Assembly (NCBI RefSeq): GCF_009914755.1 | Contig: NC_060936.1 | Reading direction: 5' to 3' (one strand) | Source: the human T2T-CHM13v2.0 reference genome, Homo sapiens | Length of the DNA stretch: 64,000 nucleotides | Program-made: the position numbers and the translations under genes | Part shown: positions 1-12,245 of the stretch, piece by piece | How positions within the stretch are numbered: the first letter of the stretch is position 1 | Layout of the letters: each line of letters begins with the position of its first letter | The notes under the pieces: generated by a model | What the model saw: the letters and a program-made list of their open reading frames with translations, nothing else | Databases searched by the model: none | What the model was told of the DNA's origin: nothing

Positions 1-93
1 ACCCCCCGTTATGATGTTCCTATAGACATGTCCTATGATTCCTACCCCCATCATGGTATTGGGACCCAACTCAATACAGTCTTCACTGAGTGA
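1..93 (+). CDS. NEUROD4: 3' end of NEUROD4 (neuronal differentiation 4 / ATOH3 / MATH3) coding sequence; 5'-partial at the window edge
   Basis: Frame +1 translates [30 protein letters not shown]-stop (TGA 91-93). I recognise this as the NeuroD-family C-terminus of NEUROD4. It is followed by a long, repeat-free AT-rich UTR. Confidence 0.92.
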   Translation, partial: TPRYDVPIDMSYDSYPHHGIGTQLNTVFTE

Positions 94-2675
94 GGCAGTT
101 AAGTTCAATGTTTCAGAGAATGACGTGGAGACATTTTCCATAATTCAAGTGGTTGAGCTAAAGATTCAATGACCTTAAAGGATCCCTATGGATATATATC
201 AAACAATAGTTCAAGTCCATTTAGGCTTTCCTTCACCTATCACCTCTTTTCTCATCACCTTCTCACATTGCATTGATTTCTTTATAGAGTCCTCAAGTGA
301 AAATATTTGATGATTTAACAACCATGTGAAAATAGAACAGAAGACCTGGGCCCTATTCCAGTGGTGCCAAAAACTCATTGCATAATCTGTGCCAATTAAT
401 TTTCCATTTCTGGCCTTTGTTTATTTACTAGCAATTGTAAATAAACAAATTGTATTTATATGAGGCAACTATTCTAAGTCCAGATGATTTCTAAAGTCCT
501 TCACAGTTCTGAAATGCTATAACTGTGGTGATCACTCTTGACAATTTCTTGAAACTGAAAGAATAGAGAAATAATAGGAAAGGGATGCTATGCATAGAAT
601 GATCAAATTGAATTATCAGAGGGATCACAAGGTACATGTCTCTTGGCTCACAGAATGCAAAGCTTGTTTGGATTTAATGATAGGACCTCTTTGTATCTAT
701 TGAAAAATAGCTTCTGGAAGCTAAAAGTCTAACATGGCTGTCACTGTGAAGAACAAAACATGTTCGTTAAGAGACTAACTCTATTTGTTATTAGACTAAA
801 AGTTGAACATATCTTCCTTATGATTTGAAGAACCATAATAGAGAACCATAATAGAGGCCTCATGCCAACTTTATTCTTGATAATATTTCAAAACCATTTT
901 TCTCAGTACTAGAGGTAGGGCAAACAAGTCACTGAAGCCTCAGACTCCTATAACTAATGGGACATAGAGAAGTCTTTTAGACCATGACCTCCATAACCAG
1001 AGGGCTCTGGAACTTCTGATGAAGCTCAGGTGCTGCTGTTAGAATCAGCACACAACACAGGTTTATATTAAAGAGCAATAAAATAGCTATTGGCTATAAT
1101 AACTACTATAGTTCAGGGACTCTCTCCAGCTCACAGTTGCCCATGGGAAAAACCAATGGATTTTTTTTTAAGCAAGATGAATTTCATTTGGTTAAACGTG
1201 ATTAAAACCATCCACCTCTGTCCACACCAATATATTTTCCAGAAGCACAAGCACCAATCAATTTATTGATCAAGGTTAAATTTTTCCAACATATATGTAG
1301 TTCCTTATCTCTCCCCCTACACTAATTGTTACCTCTTCCTCACTTCTAAGATAGAATATGTTATTATATATTGTAAATAACATTTCAGGTGACCAAACTT
1401 AAGGATGCAGAAATGAAATCCAAGGTTGGTGAATATTTTTACCAACTATGTCTTCATCACAGGTTTAACCCAATTTGCAGAGTGTTTATTTTTCTTTATG
1501 TAACTCCTTTTTCCTTTATATCAATGCTAACTTCATCAAATTTGTATTTTTTTTCAGAAAATGGGACCTGAGAAATTTTCCTATCTTGTTCAATCAGCCA
1601 GGACAGTTATTTAAGTCAAACCAGAGCCTGAATGGCTTATTTGATAGTAGATTAGGTCCTGCTCCTGCCAGAAAGGATAAGTTTAACATGCAGGGTACAT
1701 CAATAGGGCCAATTTAAAAAATGATAACACATATTAGTATGTCATTTTCTATAGCTCAGCTATCCCCTAAAATCTGCCAACTATATGTGTATCTTGTCTG
1801 TTTACCTCTCTTATTTATTATCTCCATACAGTATAAGTTATTTTTTTTCCATTTTGCTCTCAGCACTTACCCTGCTGTATTTTGCACCCTTGGTTTGTAA
1901 ATTCACTTGAAAGTAGCCTTGCAGAGAGATCTTAAGCCCCATCAGTCACCAAAGTGGTTCCCTTCATCACAATCTGCCCTAGAGGAAATAGGCAAGTAAA
2001 ATGATATATAAAGCCATACTATGTGCTTTCTGAGTATATACTGCACTTACCTTTGTGAGCGGCTGTAGGAGGGTCTATCCTCGAAGCTAGCATTTTCTGG
2101 CATTTAAGTTTGTAGATAATCACTGTTGTTTGAGTTATTTATTAGATATTATTTATTTAATTTATTTCTCTCTTCCTTTCACGAAAATTCCTTTAGCCCC
2201 ATAGATGTGCTTGCAAACCCTTCCTAAAATTTTATTTGGAAAGTAGCTCATAATTTTGCTAAGAACTGCTGAGTTTTGGAGTGAGGGGAAAGGAAAAAAT
2301 AGAGAATTACCTCTGTGATAATTTTTATAAAAAGCAGCAATAATTCGAATGGCTATGCAAGTTAATGTTTTTAGAGTCTTTTCTTCAGTCTAAAATGAGC
2401 CAGAGTTATTCTTTAATAATCTGCTGTTTATGCCTTTGGGGAGTATGGTACCCATGAGCCAAGCCTCCCTGAAATTGTACAGAGGGATTTTATAATTGAA
2501 TTAAAATTTAGGAATGCAATAGCTTGTAAAGAGCCTGCTCTCCAACATAGGGTGGTCTCATTCTTCTGGAGACTTTTTTAGATAAAGTAAAATAATTGTT
2601 TAAATATTTTGTTTAAAATATGACTGTTTTTCCTCCCTTTTTCCTAGCAGAAATAAAGCTGTAAGTCTTATTAGA
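94..2675 (+). other. NEUROD4: NEUROD4 3'UTR (~2.6 kb)
   Basis: AT-rich, with no recognisable interspersed repeats between the stop codon and a canonical poly(A) signal; contains AU-rich, Pumilio and miRNA seed motifs. The 3' end is inferred. Confidence 0.75.
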
Positions 2676-2700
2676 TGTTGTGTTGTGCTGTGTTGTTAGT
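2652..2700 (+). terminator. Polyadenylation signal (distal/main) of NEUROD4
   Basis: AATAAA at 2652-2657 followed ~17 nt later by a GT-rich downstream element (gatgttgtgttgtgctgtgttgttagt, 2674-2700). Confidence 0.75.
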
Positions 2701-3689
2701 CTTCAGATCTTTCATTCACTCTCATTTATTCATTTTCTTGGGCTCTATGTCCTACAAGCAGCTAGCTGAGCAAAGACTGGTCTGTCAGGAGGATTTACAC
2801 ATCCCGTAATTCAATTGATCTTGCTAGAATATTCGAAATATGCAGTTAGAAGTCTAGAAGCACTGGTCTCTGCCACTCATATAATCAAGTATAAAATCTA
2901 CAGTTAAGAAAAAATAATCTTACAGATTACAGGGCTATGGGCAGTCTAAGCAATCAAACCACAGATAAATGGGAAGATGTGCTATTATCCAAAGTAGGTG
3001 GGCTGAACAACTTTTCAAAAAAATTATGAAATATGTTTTTTGGCAACTCTTCCTCTTGATTTTTTTCTTTCAGGTTTCTCTAGTTAAAACTTTCCAGGAT
3101 CCCTTCTTGCATGTGTAAAGTGATGATAATAAAGAAATAATAGTAATGATATTATTAATAATAAATATAAATAGAAAAGTTAGTTAATCAAGGTAGGGAC
3201 TTGACTTAAAATATTTAAGAAACAAAAATATAGCATAAAACTTATCTTTCCACCCCTATCTTCCATCTTCCAGTTCCCACTCTCCAACTAGAAAATACTT
3301 AAACATTTTTTTTAGCTTACTAGTTATCAGAGACCTTTTATGGATATATAAACAAATATTAGGTACAAATATTAAGGTGTATTATTCTCTTTTTTCCTTC
3401 AAGTGGTAACAATATAACACATTTCTGCATATTGTTTTTTTACATTTAACCACAAATCTTGGGGTATTTTAAATAAAAGTTTCTTAATTCTTTGTTATAA
3501 CTGGCTAGCATTCCATACTAAAATAACATCATTTATGAAATTGAGTCCCATAATTTAGATTTTTTTCCATCTCTTGCAATATCAAATAAATGATTATGTA
3601 CACATGTCATTTGACACATTAGAAGAATCTTTACCTTGCAAAGAATGGTCCAGAGGGGCAAATAGAAACGGACAGATAACAACAACCCC

Positions 3690-3830
3690 ATCTAGCAGAT
3701 TGTGGATGCTTACTACGTAATGTTACATTTCTAAGTGTCTTACACGTATGAATTCATTCAATTCTAAAGCCACTCCCATAAGGCGGTCAATATTAGTATT
3801 CCCATTTCACAGATTAGGAAACTAATCCGT
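3690..3830 (-). mobile_element. MIR SINE fragment
   Basis: MIR core-like 'attcccatttcacagattaggaaact'. Boundaries approximate. Confidence 0.6.
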
Positions 3831-4364
3831 TTAGTTTAGTGAAACTAAACAAATCCTGGTGGAACCAGGATTGATTTGAGCTAGTGGGTTTATCCAGAAG
3901 ATTTGAAATGATCCTCAGTAGCTGTTTGCCTGGTAGGTATATGAGGATGTCATATCTGTGCAATGCTGGAGCCAGCGAAAGTGGAATTACTATTTGACAC
4001 CCCTCAAATTGTCCTTTACATATGACGCCCTGTTACATCTATGACCCAGGCTGACCCACGTCCACATTCTGCAACAGAATCTGAAAGAAGGCCATCTTTC
4101 CCTTGATAGAAGCTCAATTTTCTATTCGACTTTGCCCAGGTAGACCACATAGTGTAGGCCAGATCACAAACCAATGCCTTGTTGCTTGAAAGTACCCATT
4201 TTTGAGAAGGCTTAAATCCATTTCAAGCTTTAATCTCACATATCTTTAGAATTTAAGAAAAATGTTTTAAAGGGGAATTATGGATATGAAAATAACAAAA
4301 TATTCTATCAACATAGAAACATCCTATCTTCAAGATTATTTTAAAAATCTATATAAATTTGGAG

Positions 4365-5100
4365 TATAGTTTGGTGTAGTAATTGCAAGCACTGGCTTTA
4401 GAATGAAATAAATAGTACTTAAGCTATGCCACTTACTGATTGAATGACCTTTGTTAAATTGATTAACCCTGCAAAGGCTCAGTTTTCTTGATTTTTTTAA
4501 GTTTTTATAAACAAAAAATAGTTTTATAGGTGCTAACATTTTTTCTACATTTCCCCCCTTTGGCTTTTTTATTAATTGACACATAATAATTGTGCATATT
4601 TATGCAGTATAACGTGATTTTTGGTACATGCACACAATGTGTAATGATCAATTTGAAAATAGCAATCATAATAATGCCTTCCCTTCAGGTTTATCATGGT
4701 GAATTAATTGAGATAATACATCTGAAGCACATAGCAAGTATTTAGCAAATGGTAATTATTACCATCTATGTTCTATTAATTATTCTTTGATTACAATCAT
4801 GTTACCTTTTCTATTTGCCTCCAATATATGGCCAGGAGAGTGCTGATGGTGACAACAGCAGGCTTAGGGAGTCCATAGAATTATAGAGTCAGATAGACTT
4901 AGATTTGAAGTTAACTGGCTGAGAAGTCCTAGGCAATTTATTTAACGTCTCTGTCTCAGTTTTCTTCTTTATAAAAAGGGCATACAATACCACCAATCCA
5001 TAGAGTTGTATGAGGATTAAAAATGATGATAATAGCAGTGAAGTGTTTATCTGAGGTTCTGGAACCTGGGAAGCACTTTACTCTTATTGTTATTATTATT
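4365..5100 (+). mobile_element. MIR fragments, the first interrupted by a short L1MA-type 3' end (~4565-4650, minus strand)
   Basis: MIR core-like 'ctcagttttcttctttataaaaaggg...gttgtatgaggattaaa'; L1MA-like 'taattgacacataataattgtgcatatttatg'. Confidence 0.55.
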
Positions 5101-6486
5101 ACTGGGAGTAGAGTGAGAATAGGTGAGGTAATTGAGAACCAGAGAAAACAATAGATTCTTTTCATTTAAACAGTAAATAATTTACTGGAGCCAACGACAA
5201 AATCCAAGCCTATTGACCAGTATTCCATACATTGGACATGACATTTTCCAACTCTTCATGGGGATAGTTCACACAGAAATCTTCAAAGGCAAACTTTCTG
5301 AATTCAGAATATAGGAAATATTGAATTTTTCTTTCTTTTCTAAAAGTTGGCATAGAGCTAAAAGGAGCCTTGTAGTAGCTCTTTGCTGTCATCTGGCTTA
5401 AGACTATGTAGAGAAAGAATACTATTACCTCACAAATATATGTTACTATGTACTTGATTTCAATTTAATTTTTTCAAGTAGTAATAGTTACTGAGAATTT
5501 CCTCTAGGCCAGGAACTAAGCCACTCTGTCATAGCTAAGGAACTCTGTCATAGCTGTCAGAATACACATGATAATAAAGATGTTTGGTCAACGCCTTACA
5601 TGTAAGTAAGTGAATTCAGTTATTAAATGTGAACAGGAAGATTTTAGAAACCAATAGCTAAAAACTCAGGGGAAAAGGAAATTTCTGTTTATTGAGTATC
5701 TTTACCATGTACAAGTCATCAAGTTAAGTTCTCCATATTGAATCAGTCTTCAAAATAAACCACTGAAGTAGGTTCCAGATGTAGAAACCTACATAGAAAT
5801 GTGCAAATAAATACGAGAACATGGAAAGTCATGTAAATCTCAGAAGTGCCTGAGCTTCTATTTTCTCATCTATAGAGTGAGATGATTGTGCCATTAGACA
5901 TCCGAAATTTCTCTCATCTTAATATTTTAACAGTTCCATGAGCAGCTAATGTCCATTTTCTCTCTGGCAGAGAAGCACATGCCCACACTCTTGGAAAAAA
6001 AAGAGTGAATAAGTGATTGAGTAAAAGCTAAAAGATGAGGCAAAAATCGACTACAAAACATTAAAATCAAGGTGGTGTTTGGATGCCTTGTGTGGTTTGC
6101 TTGCTGGTCAGCTATCTTAAGGAACTGGGGTACTTTCAGTTTATCTATTTAGAAGACAGTTTTCTAGGCAATGATCTTATTCTCAAGAGACAACTACTCT
6201 AACATGTTTAGCAATTAAAAGGCCTAAATCTACGTTGAGCTAAAATAATTTTACTGTAAATCAAATTGAGGAATTATGCTATTCCTAGAATTGTACAATT
6301 GCCCCTTTTCCTTCCTCAGTTGGAAATAATAGGAAGATGTTGACTATATTGTTTACTTGATTACAAATACAGTAAGTTCTCAGTTATCCATATGAATAAT
6401 CTCTGTTGAGGATTATGGAAAGAAAATATTGTATATAAGGCTTGTTTCTCCATGTCAGCTGACATGTTTCTAATTTTTGTTTTTCT

Positions 6487-6695
6487 TTGTGTGTGTAGAC
6501 ACACATATTAATATATGCATATTTGAAAAAAATATATGAAGGTACATAGATGTATGTTTATCTATATATCCATAAATATATATATATCCATAAATATATA
6601 TATTTGAAGACATGTATATTTAAACACATACACTTCAGTACATGTTGAATACATACACATATGTGTGTATATATATAATTTGACATATGTATTTG
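6487..6695. repeat. Degenerate (TA)/(CA)-rich low-complexity tract
   Basis: Seen directly; includes a tandem tatatatccataaatata duplication. Confidence 0.7.
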
Positions 6696-7649
6696 AATGC
6701 ACTCTAAAGTCAAACGGAAACACTTTTTGTATCATTTAATTATTGGCAACTCTACAGGCTGAGTTCTTTCTTTTATTAACTCAGTGTTAAGAACTAAGCT
6801 AGAAGGTTAGGCACTGAGAAAGGAGGTGGAGGCAGAGAAACAGGAAGGAAGCATGCTGGGGGTCTAGTTTCTTCAATTGGGATAGACCTGAAGGGGCATC
6901 CTGGTAATGGAAAACGTTCTTCCTTGATCTAAGCCTGTGCGCTCTCTTCCTTTGAGAGCTGGCCTCTGAGCTGAGGCAGATCCAGAGCAGGCAGGCACGT
7001 GGCTGGCCCACTGAGGGCCGGGAACAGCCGCAAGCTGCTCAGGGAGTTGGAGCAGACTATCCCCTGGCTCCTGCTCAGCCCACTGCTGCCAGCCGGCAGC
7101 TTCCCTCCTGCCAGACCCCTGGGCATGCTGATGGGAATGGCACAATTACTTAATCCCTGCCCAGGGAGATCTAGGACACATGCAGACAGATGGAGGACCA
7201 GGGGGATTCAGAACTATTTAGTACTGGAGGAGCAAAGGAGACAGGCCTAGGAGCAATAGGCCAGGCTTGAAAGGCAGTCCTGAAACCTCTTCTCTCCAAG
7301 CAGCTCCAAGGCAAGCTGTTTTCTCACCTGAACAGAAGCTCTGGAAGAAAGGACCTAGACCTTCCCTTAGCTGCTGGCAAACAACCTGAGAGGGAGCATT
7401 GACCCACAGTGTCTGGGTTTCCACAAACAATAGACGGTCACGGACAGGTGCTGAGGAAAGAAGAATTGAGGAGAGTCAGAGCTCCAGAAAGGCCCATATA
7501 GAGGGGGCAATACGGAATTAGAGATACAGAGATTAAAATAGCACATGCATGAATTTACCACATGCATGGATTTAAGAATGAAACTGCTATTTCCACATCT
7601 GTCTCCTCTACTAGTTTATATCCTTTCGTGTTCCTTAACCCTCACTAAT

Positions 7650-8400
7650 GCATTCTCACACTCACTGCCAACTGCCCTGGTTCAAGTATTCACTATCTAT
7701 CTGTCTAGATTCATGTAATAGTGTTCTTCCAAACCTCCAATCTTTTTGTACCCAGTACCTCCTTCCTTCTACAATTCATCCTAGCTGTCTTAAAATAAAG
7801 CCATGACCATGTCATTTCTTTGGTCAAAAATCTGCGTTAGTTTTCTCATCATTATAGAATGAAGTCCAAACTTCCCAAGTTAATATTTAACCTGCCTCAT
7901 CACAACTGGTCTTGGTCTACATTTCCAGGTATATGTATACCACACATTCTTCTCTTACGTTCCTCGAAAGCAACCCATCCCACTTATCCACCCCATTTCA
8001 CCACCTTACATACACTTTTGTGTTGCCCACCTGGATTACTTTTCCTCTAATCAATACGAAGTGAAATTTTCCCTTACCTTTGCTCCTGGCAACACCTTTC
8101 CCTGGAGTGCTCTCTCCTCTATCTTCACTTACTGAAACAGTGTCGATCCTTCGGGGCCTAGCAAAAATCTTTCCTGATAAAGCCTTTACAGATTACCCCT
8201 GTAAGAATCATTGCCTTCTTCTTTTCTAGTTTAGGGAATTATGACAATTGACTCTAAGAGTGAAGCCGCTATTTCCACATATAGTGAAGCTGCTATTTTT
8301 CCTCTACTGGTTTATAAGCTTCTTGAGAGGAGAGGCTGTTTTATCCACTTGTTATATTGACAACTCCCAGTGCAATCGTGTGCACACAGTAAGGAAGAGA
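7650..8400 (+). mobile_element. Degraded L2 LINE fragment(s)
   Basis: L2-like motifs ('actgccctggttcaag', 'tagaatgaagtccaaactt', 'ataagcttcttgagaggagag'). Boundaries approximate. Confidence 0.5.
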
Positions 8401-8608
8401 TAAAGAAAATCTGGGTGGCTGAGCACATAATCACATCATCAGGTGCTAGCATTGTGATGTTACAACATTCTAACAATCTTAAATAACTTTAGGAGAAAGT
8501 GTTTTCTTTTCTGCCTTAGAGAAGATCACAAGGAGGTTCAGATAATGTCCAACTCTACTCAACTCATAAAAAGGGAGGGATGGAAATTCTTATCTAGGGT
8601 TGTTTCTA

Positions 8609-8963
<355 letters not shown>

Positions 8964-10836
8964 AAAAAGAGTAAACATTTCATGAATTTTGTCTACCCAA
9001 TGTCCACTAAACTATTGACTATATTAATAAGAATAACTTGGGTTAAAAATTTTTGCTTAGCCAAAGCAAGAGTGGCCAGTTGAAATAATACAGAGTAATA
9101 TACAGAGACAAAAACTACTAAAGAATCGGAATTTCAGAAATGAAACCAGAGAAACAAAATAAGCCAAGTTAGGGGGAGGGAGAGAGCAGGAAGCCACAAG
9201 AGGAAGTTTGAAAGAAAAATAGAATCAAGGCAAGATAAAAGATTGTGGGTGCGAATTCTTCAGTAGGGACATCTCATGCATTTTTAGGTGTTGTCCCAGA
9301 GTGCCAAGGGCTTCCATGAAAGTAGCTGGAAGGTGAGGGAATCGCTATCAGGGAATAGGAAGCTGCTGCCTCTGTCTTTCTCTGGTGGGAGCCATGTGTC
9401 TTGATTCCTGTTGTACTACAAACCCTGGGCACCATGATTCTCATCACCAAGCTTCCTTGAGTACGGTCCCTTGTTATTTGTCTTCAGAGCAGCCGAAAAT
9501 CACAATCACTTGTTTAGGAGAGGAACAAAGATTACCAGTTTCCCAAGTTTTCTTATTCACCAAAAGACTTATTTTGCAACATGAAAGTTTCTGTTTGGTT
9601 ACTGGATATGTCTTCTTTTATGAGAAGGCACAGCAAATACAACATTGTTTAGTAATGGTGTGGATGAACACATTTCACTAGCTCCCACAGCCATTGATGG
9701 TCTAATGATTTGTTTTGAGCTGGTGAATCCAACAAATTCTGTGTGAATGCTAGGTTTGCCATTGACTCTGGGCAAGTAAACTAGAACTTCAAAATCTTTA
9801 TCTGCAAAATGATGAGAATGATATCTTGCAGGGTTTTTAAACACTAAATATAACTGGCATAATACATGTGGCATGAGGCCTGGCACCTTATTGGTGTTTA
9901 ATAATCGGTAGTCATTCCTTTTTTCTTCTTCATTATCGTCATCACCATCATTCCCTCCTATGTGGGTGAGATCTCCATCACACTGCTCTGGTGGAAACAG
10001 AGACTAATGCAGAGGTGGACTATTGAGAAAAGGTGACCCATGGGAGTAGAAGCAGTATTGAGTAATGATTAAAACCATCAGAAGGAATTACTGGGTTGCA
10101 GTCTGGAGTGTGTGACTCAGCTGGAGTCTGAGTACAAAGGTCCCCAAGCAGAAGCATCAGGGACAGACAGGGGGCAGCTGATACTGTGCCCACAGTTGGC
10201 ACAGTCCAACAAGATATTCAAGGATAAATGGGGAAAAAAAAATCAGTCCTGAGAGAGAGCACTGCTGAACCATGTTGCCCTGTTTCTGAGCAGCAGCTGC
10301 AAGCAGAGCTAGCAGCTGCAGCTGTTCTTAGGAGCCTGGATTCCCAGGGAAAGTGGGCATCAGGCAAAGCAAAAGGGAAGGAGAGGCAAGCACAGGGTAA
10401 TACCTTGCGTTCTCAGGATGGGAGATTCCACCGCACAGAAATAAGGGAACTGGGCAAAGAGGGAGGTGTGAGGGATGACAACGACTGGGCGTTCTGTATG
10501 TGAAATGATGCCGATTATTGAAAGCAAGCTGATGGATCCATAGAAAGAGCTAGACTGGGGATCAGGATCTTTCTAGTCACTTATATCTTTAGAGTGCTAC
10601 ATAAACATGGACCAATAATTACTAACATGAAGTGAGTGCTAAGCAAGTACAGGAAACGTTCTTAATCTTTTACAAACGTGAAACTGTGTAATTCTTACTA
10701 CAATGTTACGACGTCTGAGGCACACAGGGGTAAAGCAACTCTACCAGGCTGTATAACCAGCAAGTGTCAGAGCTGAGATATAACCCCAGAAGTGTGGCTT
10801 CTGAGCCTGCATTTTAATCTATCACTCTCAACCAGA

Positions 10837-11000
10837 TCTGTCCAATAGAGCTTTCTGCAATGACGAAATGTTCTATAACATTGAGCACTTGAAACTTGGC
10901 TAATGCAATGAGGAACTAAATTTTAAATGTTATTTAATGATAATTAATTTAAATCTAAGTAGTCTTATGTAACTTGGGACTACACAATGGGCAGCACAGC
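10837..11000 (+). mobile_element. MER3 (hAT-Charlie) DNA transposon relic
   Basis: 'ctgtccaatagagctttctgcaatgacgaaatgttcta...attgagcacttgaaa' resembles the MER3 consensus; it follows a MIR at ~10600-10830. Confidence 0.7.
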
Positions 11001-11889
11001 GTTATATTGTCTCTCTAAAGAGACAGATCTCTTTACGAACCTCAGTTACTAATTTATTTTCTATCTGAAAATTGTGGGATTGTACTCAGGCATGGGAAAT
11101 ATGTGAAATGATTCCCACTAATTTATCTTTACCTGCCCATATAGATACCACGATTCAAGCATGAATCTCTTTACTACTGAACCTAGACATTCCTCTGAAT
11201 CTGTCATTAACAGAGGACTCTAGGCAGTTGCTGTTAAGAACTTAGACTCTTCATTTGAGAATAAGGCAATATCCATCTCTGAGCAGTAGGTGGGAATTTC
11301 TGAGGAATGACTAGGCTGAGGCCTCAGAGGGAAGGGGCTACCTGGGAAAAGTGTCTCACTCAGCCCTCACATTCCAGCAGCACTGCCTTTCTTTCCTCTC
11401 AGACAGTTGTACCCCCACCAAGTCACTCTTCTCCCACATGGTACCTCTCTCACTTAAGTCTAAATCTGGGGGGACCCACATATTGTTGTATACTTGAGTT
11501 TTTCATTGGTTTTTCTCAGAATCCCTGATCCAAATCATTTCTGCTGCACTGATTGTCTATTTTCCTTTCAGTGGATGTGAATTGGCGCAAAAGGAACACT
11601 TCTTTTCCTTCTATACATATCACTGAAAAAGTTCTCTACCAAGACCCATGCAGGAAAATGCGATGTCCTGCAGACACACAGGAAGCAGCAAGCAACAGTT
11701 CTCCATATAATTCTCAAAACTGGATTTTTATTTTGAGCCTTGAGATCCCCTGAATAACTCATCATTGACATCAGCCTAAGCCTCTGGAAGCTCCAGGGCC
11801 TTATTGGACAAGTATTTTCCTAGTTGGTTCCTAACTAACTTATTCTCTGTGTTTGCAATGTCCTACCAGCTCCCCTGCCTTCCCTTGCC

Positions 11890-12245
11890 TTTTTGCCTGT
11901 CAAACTTCTACTTAGATTTCAAAATGCAGCTCAAATGTCACTTGCCCTAGGAAGCCTGTTTGATTTTGCTCCCAAAACACACGTCTCCTAGGCTGGGTGA
12001 GGTTCCCCTACTCTGTTATAACTCCTTTTCTCACCCCTACAAAGCATTTTGTTCACACCTCTAACAGAAGAGCATTTAACTAATTCTGCTGTAATACTGT
12101 TTCTAAATCTGTCTCCCTGAAAGCTCTTAGCTCATCAATAGTAGAAAGATAAATTACAGATTGCTGTCCCTACTACCTTGCAGAGCTTGATATATGGCAT
12201 GAGTTAAATAAATATTCATTGAATGGACAGAAGAATAAATGAGTG
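11890..12245 (+). mobile_element. L2 LINE 3' end
   Basis: 'cagctcaaatgtcact...aggaagcct' and the L2 terminus 'aataaatattcattgaatg'. Confidence 0.6.

Noticed and set aside
1863-2051. GCACTTACC repeated twice in the 3'UTR (minus-strand splice-donor consensus / U1 5'-end-like)
   Set aside because: A 9-mer repeat is plausible by chance, and there is no supporting antisense exon evidence in the sequence.
830-5555. Short tandem duplications (gaaccataataga x2 at ~830-856; actctgtcatagct x2 at 5523-5555)
   Set aside because: Ordinary slippage-type micro-duplications. Not arrays, and no spacer structure (not CRISPR-like).
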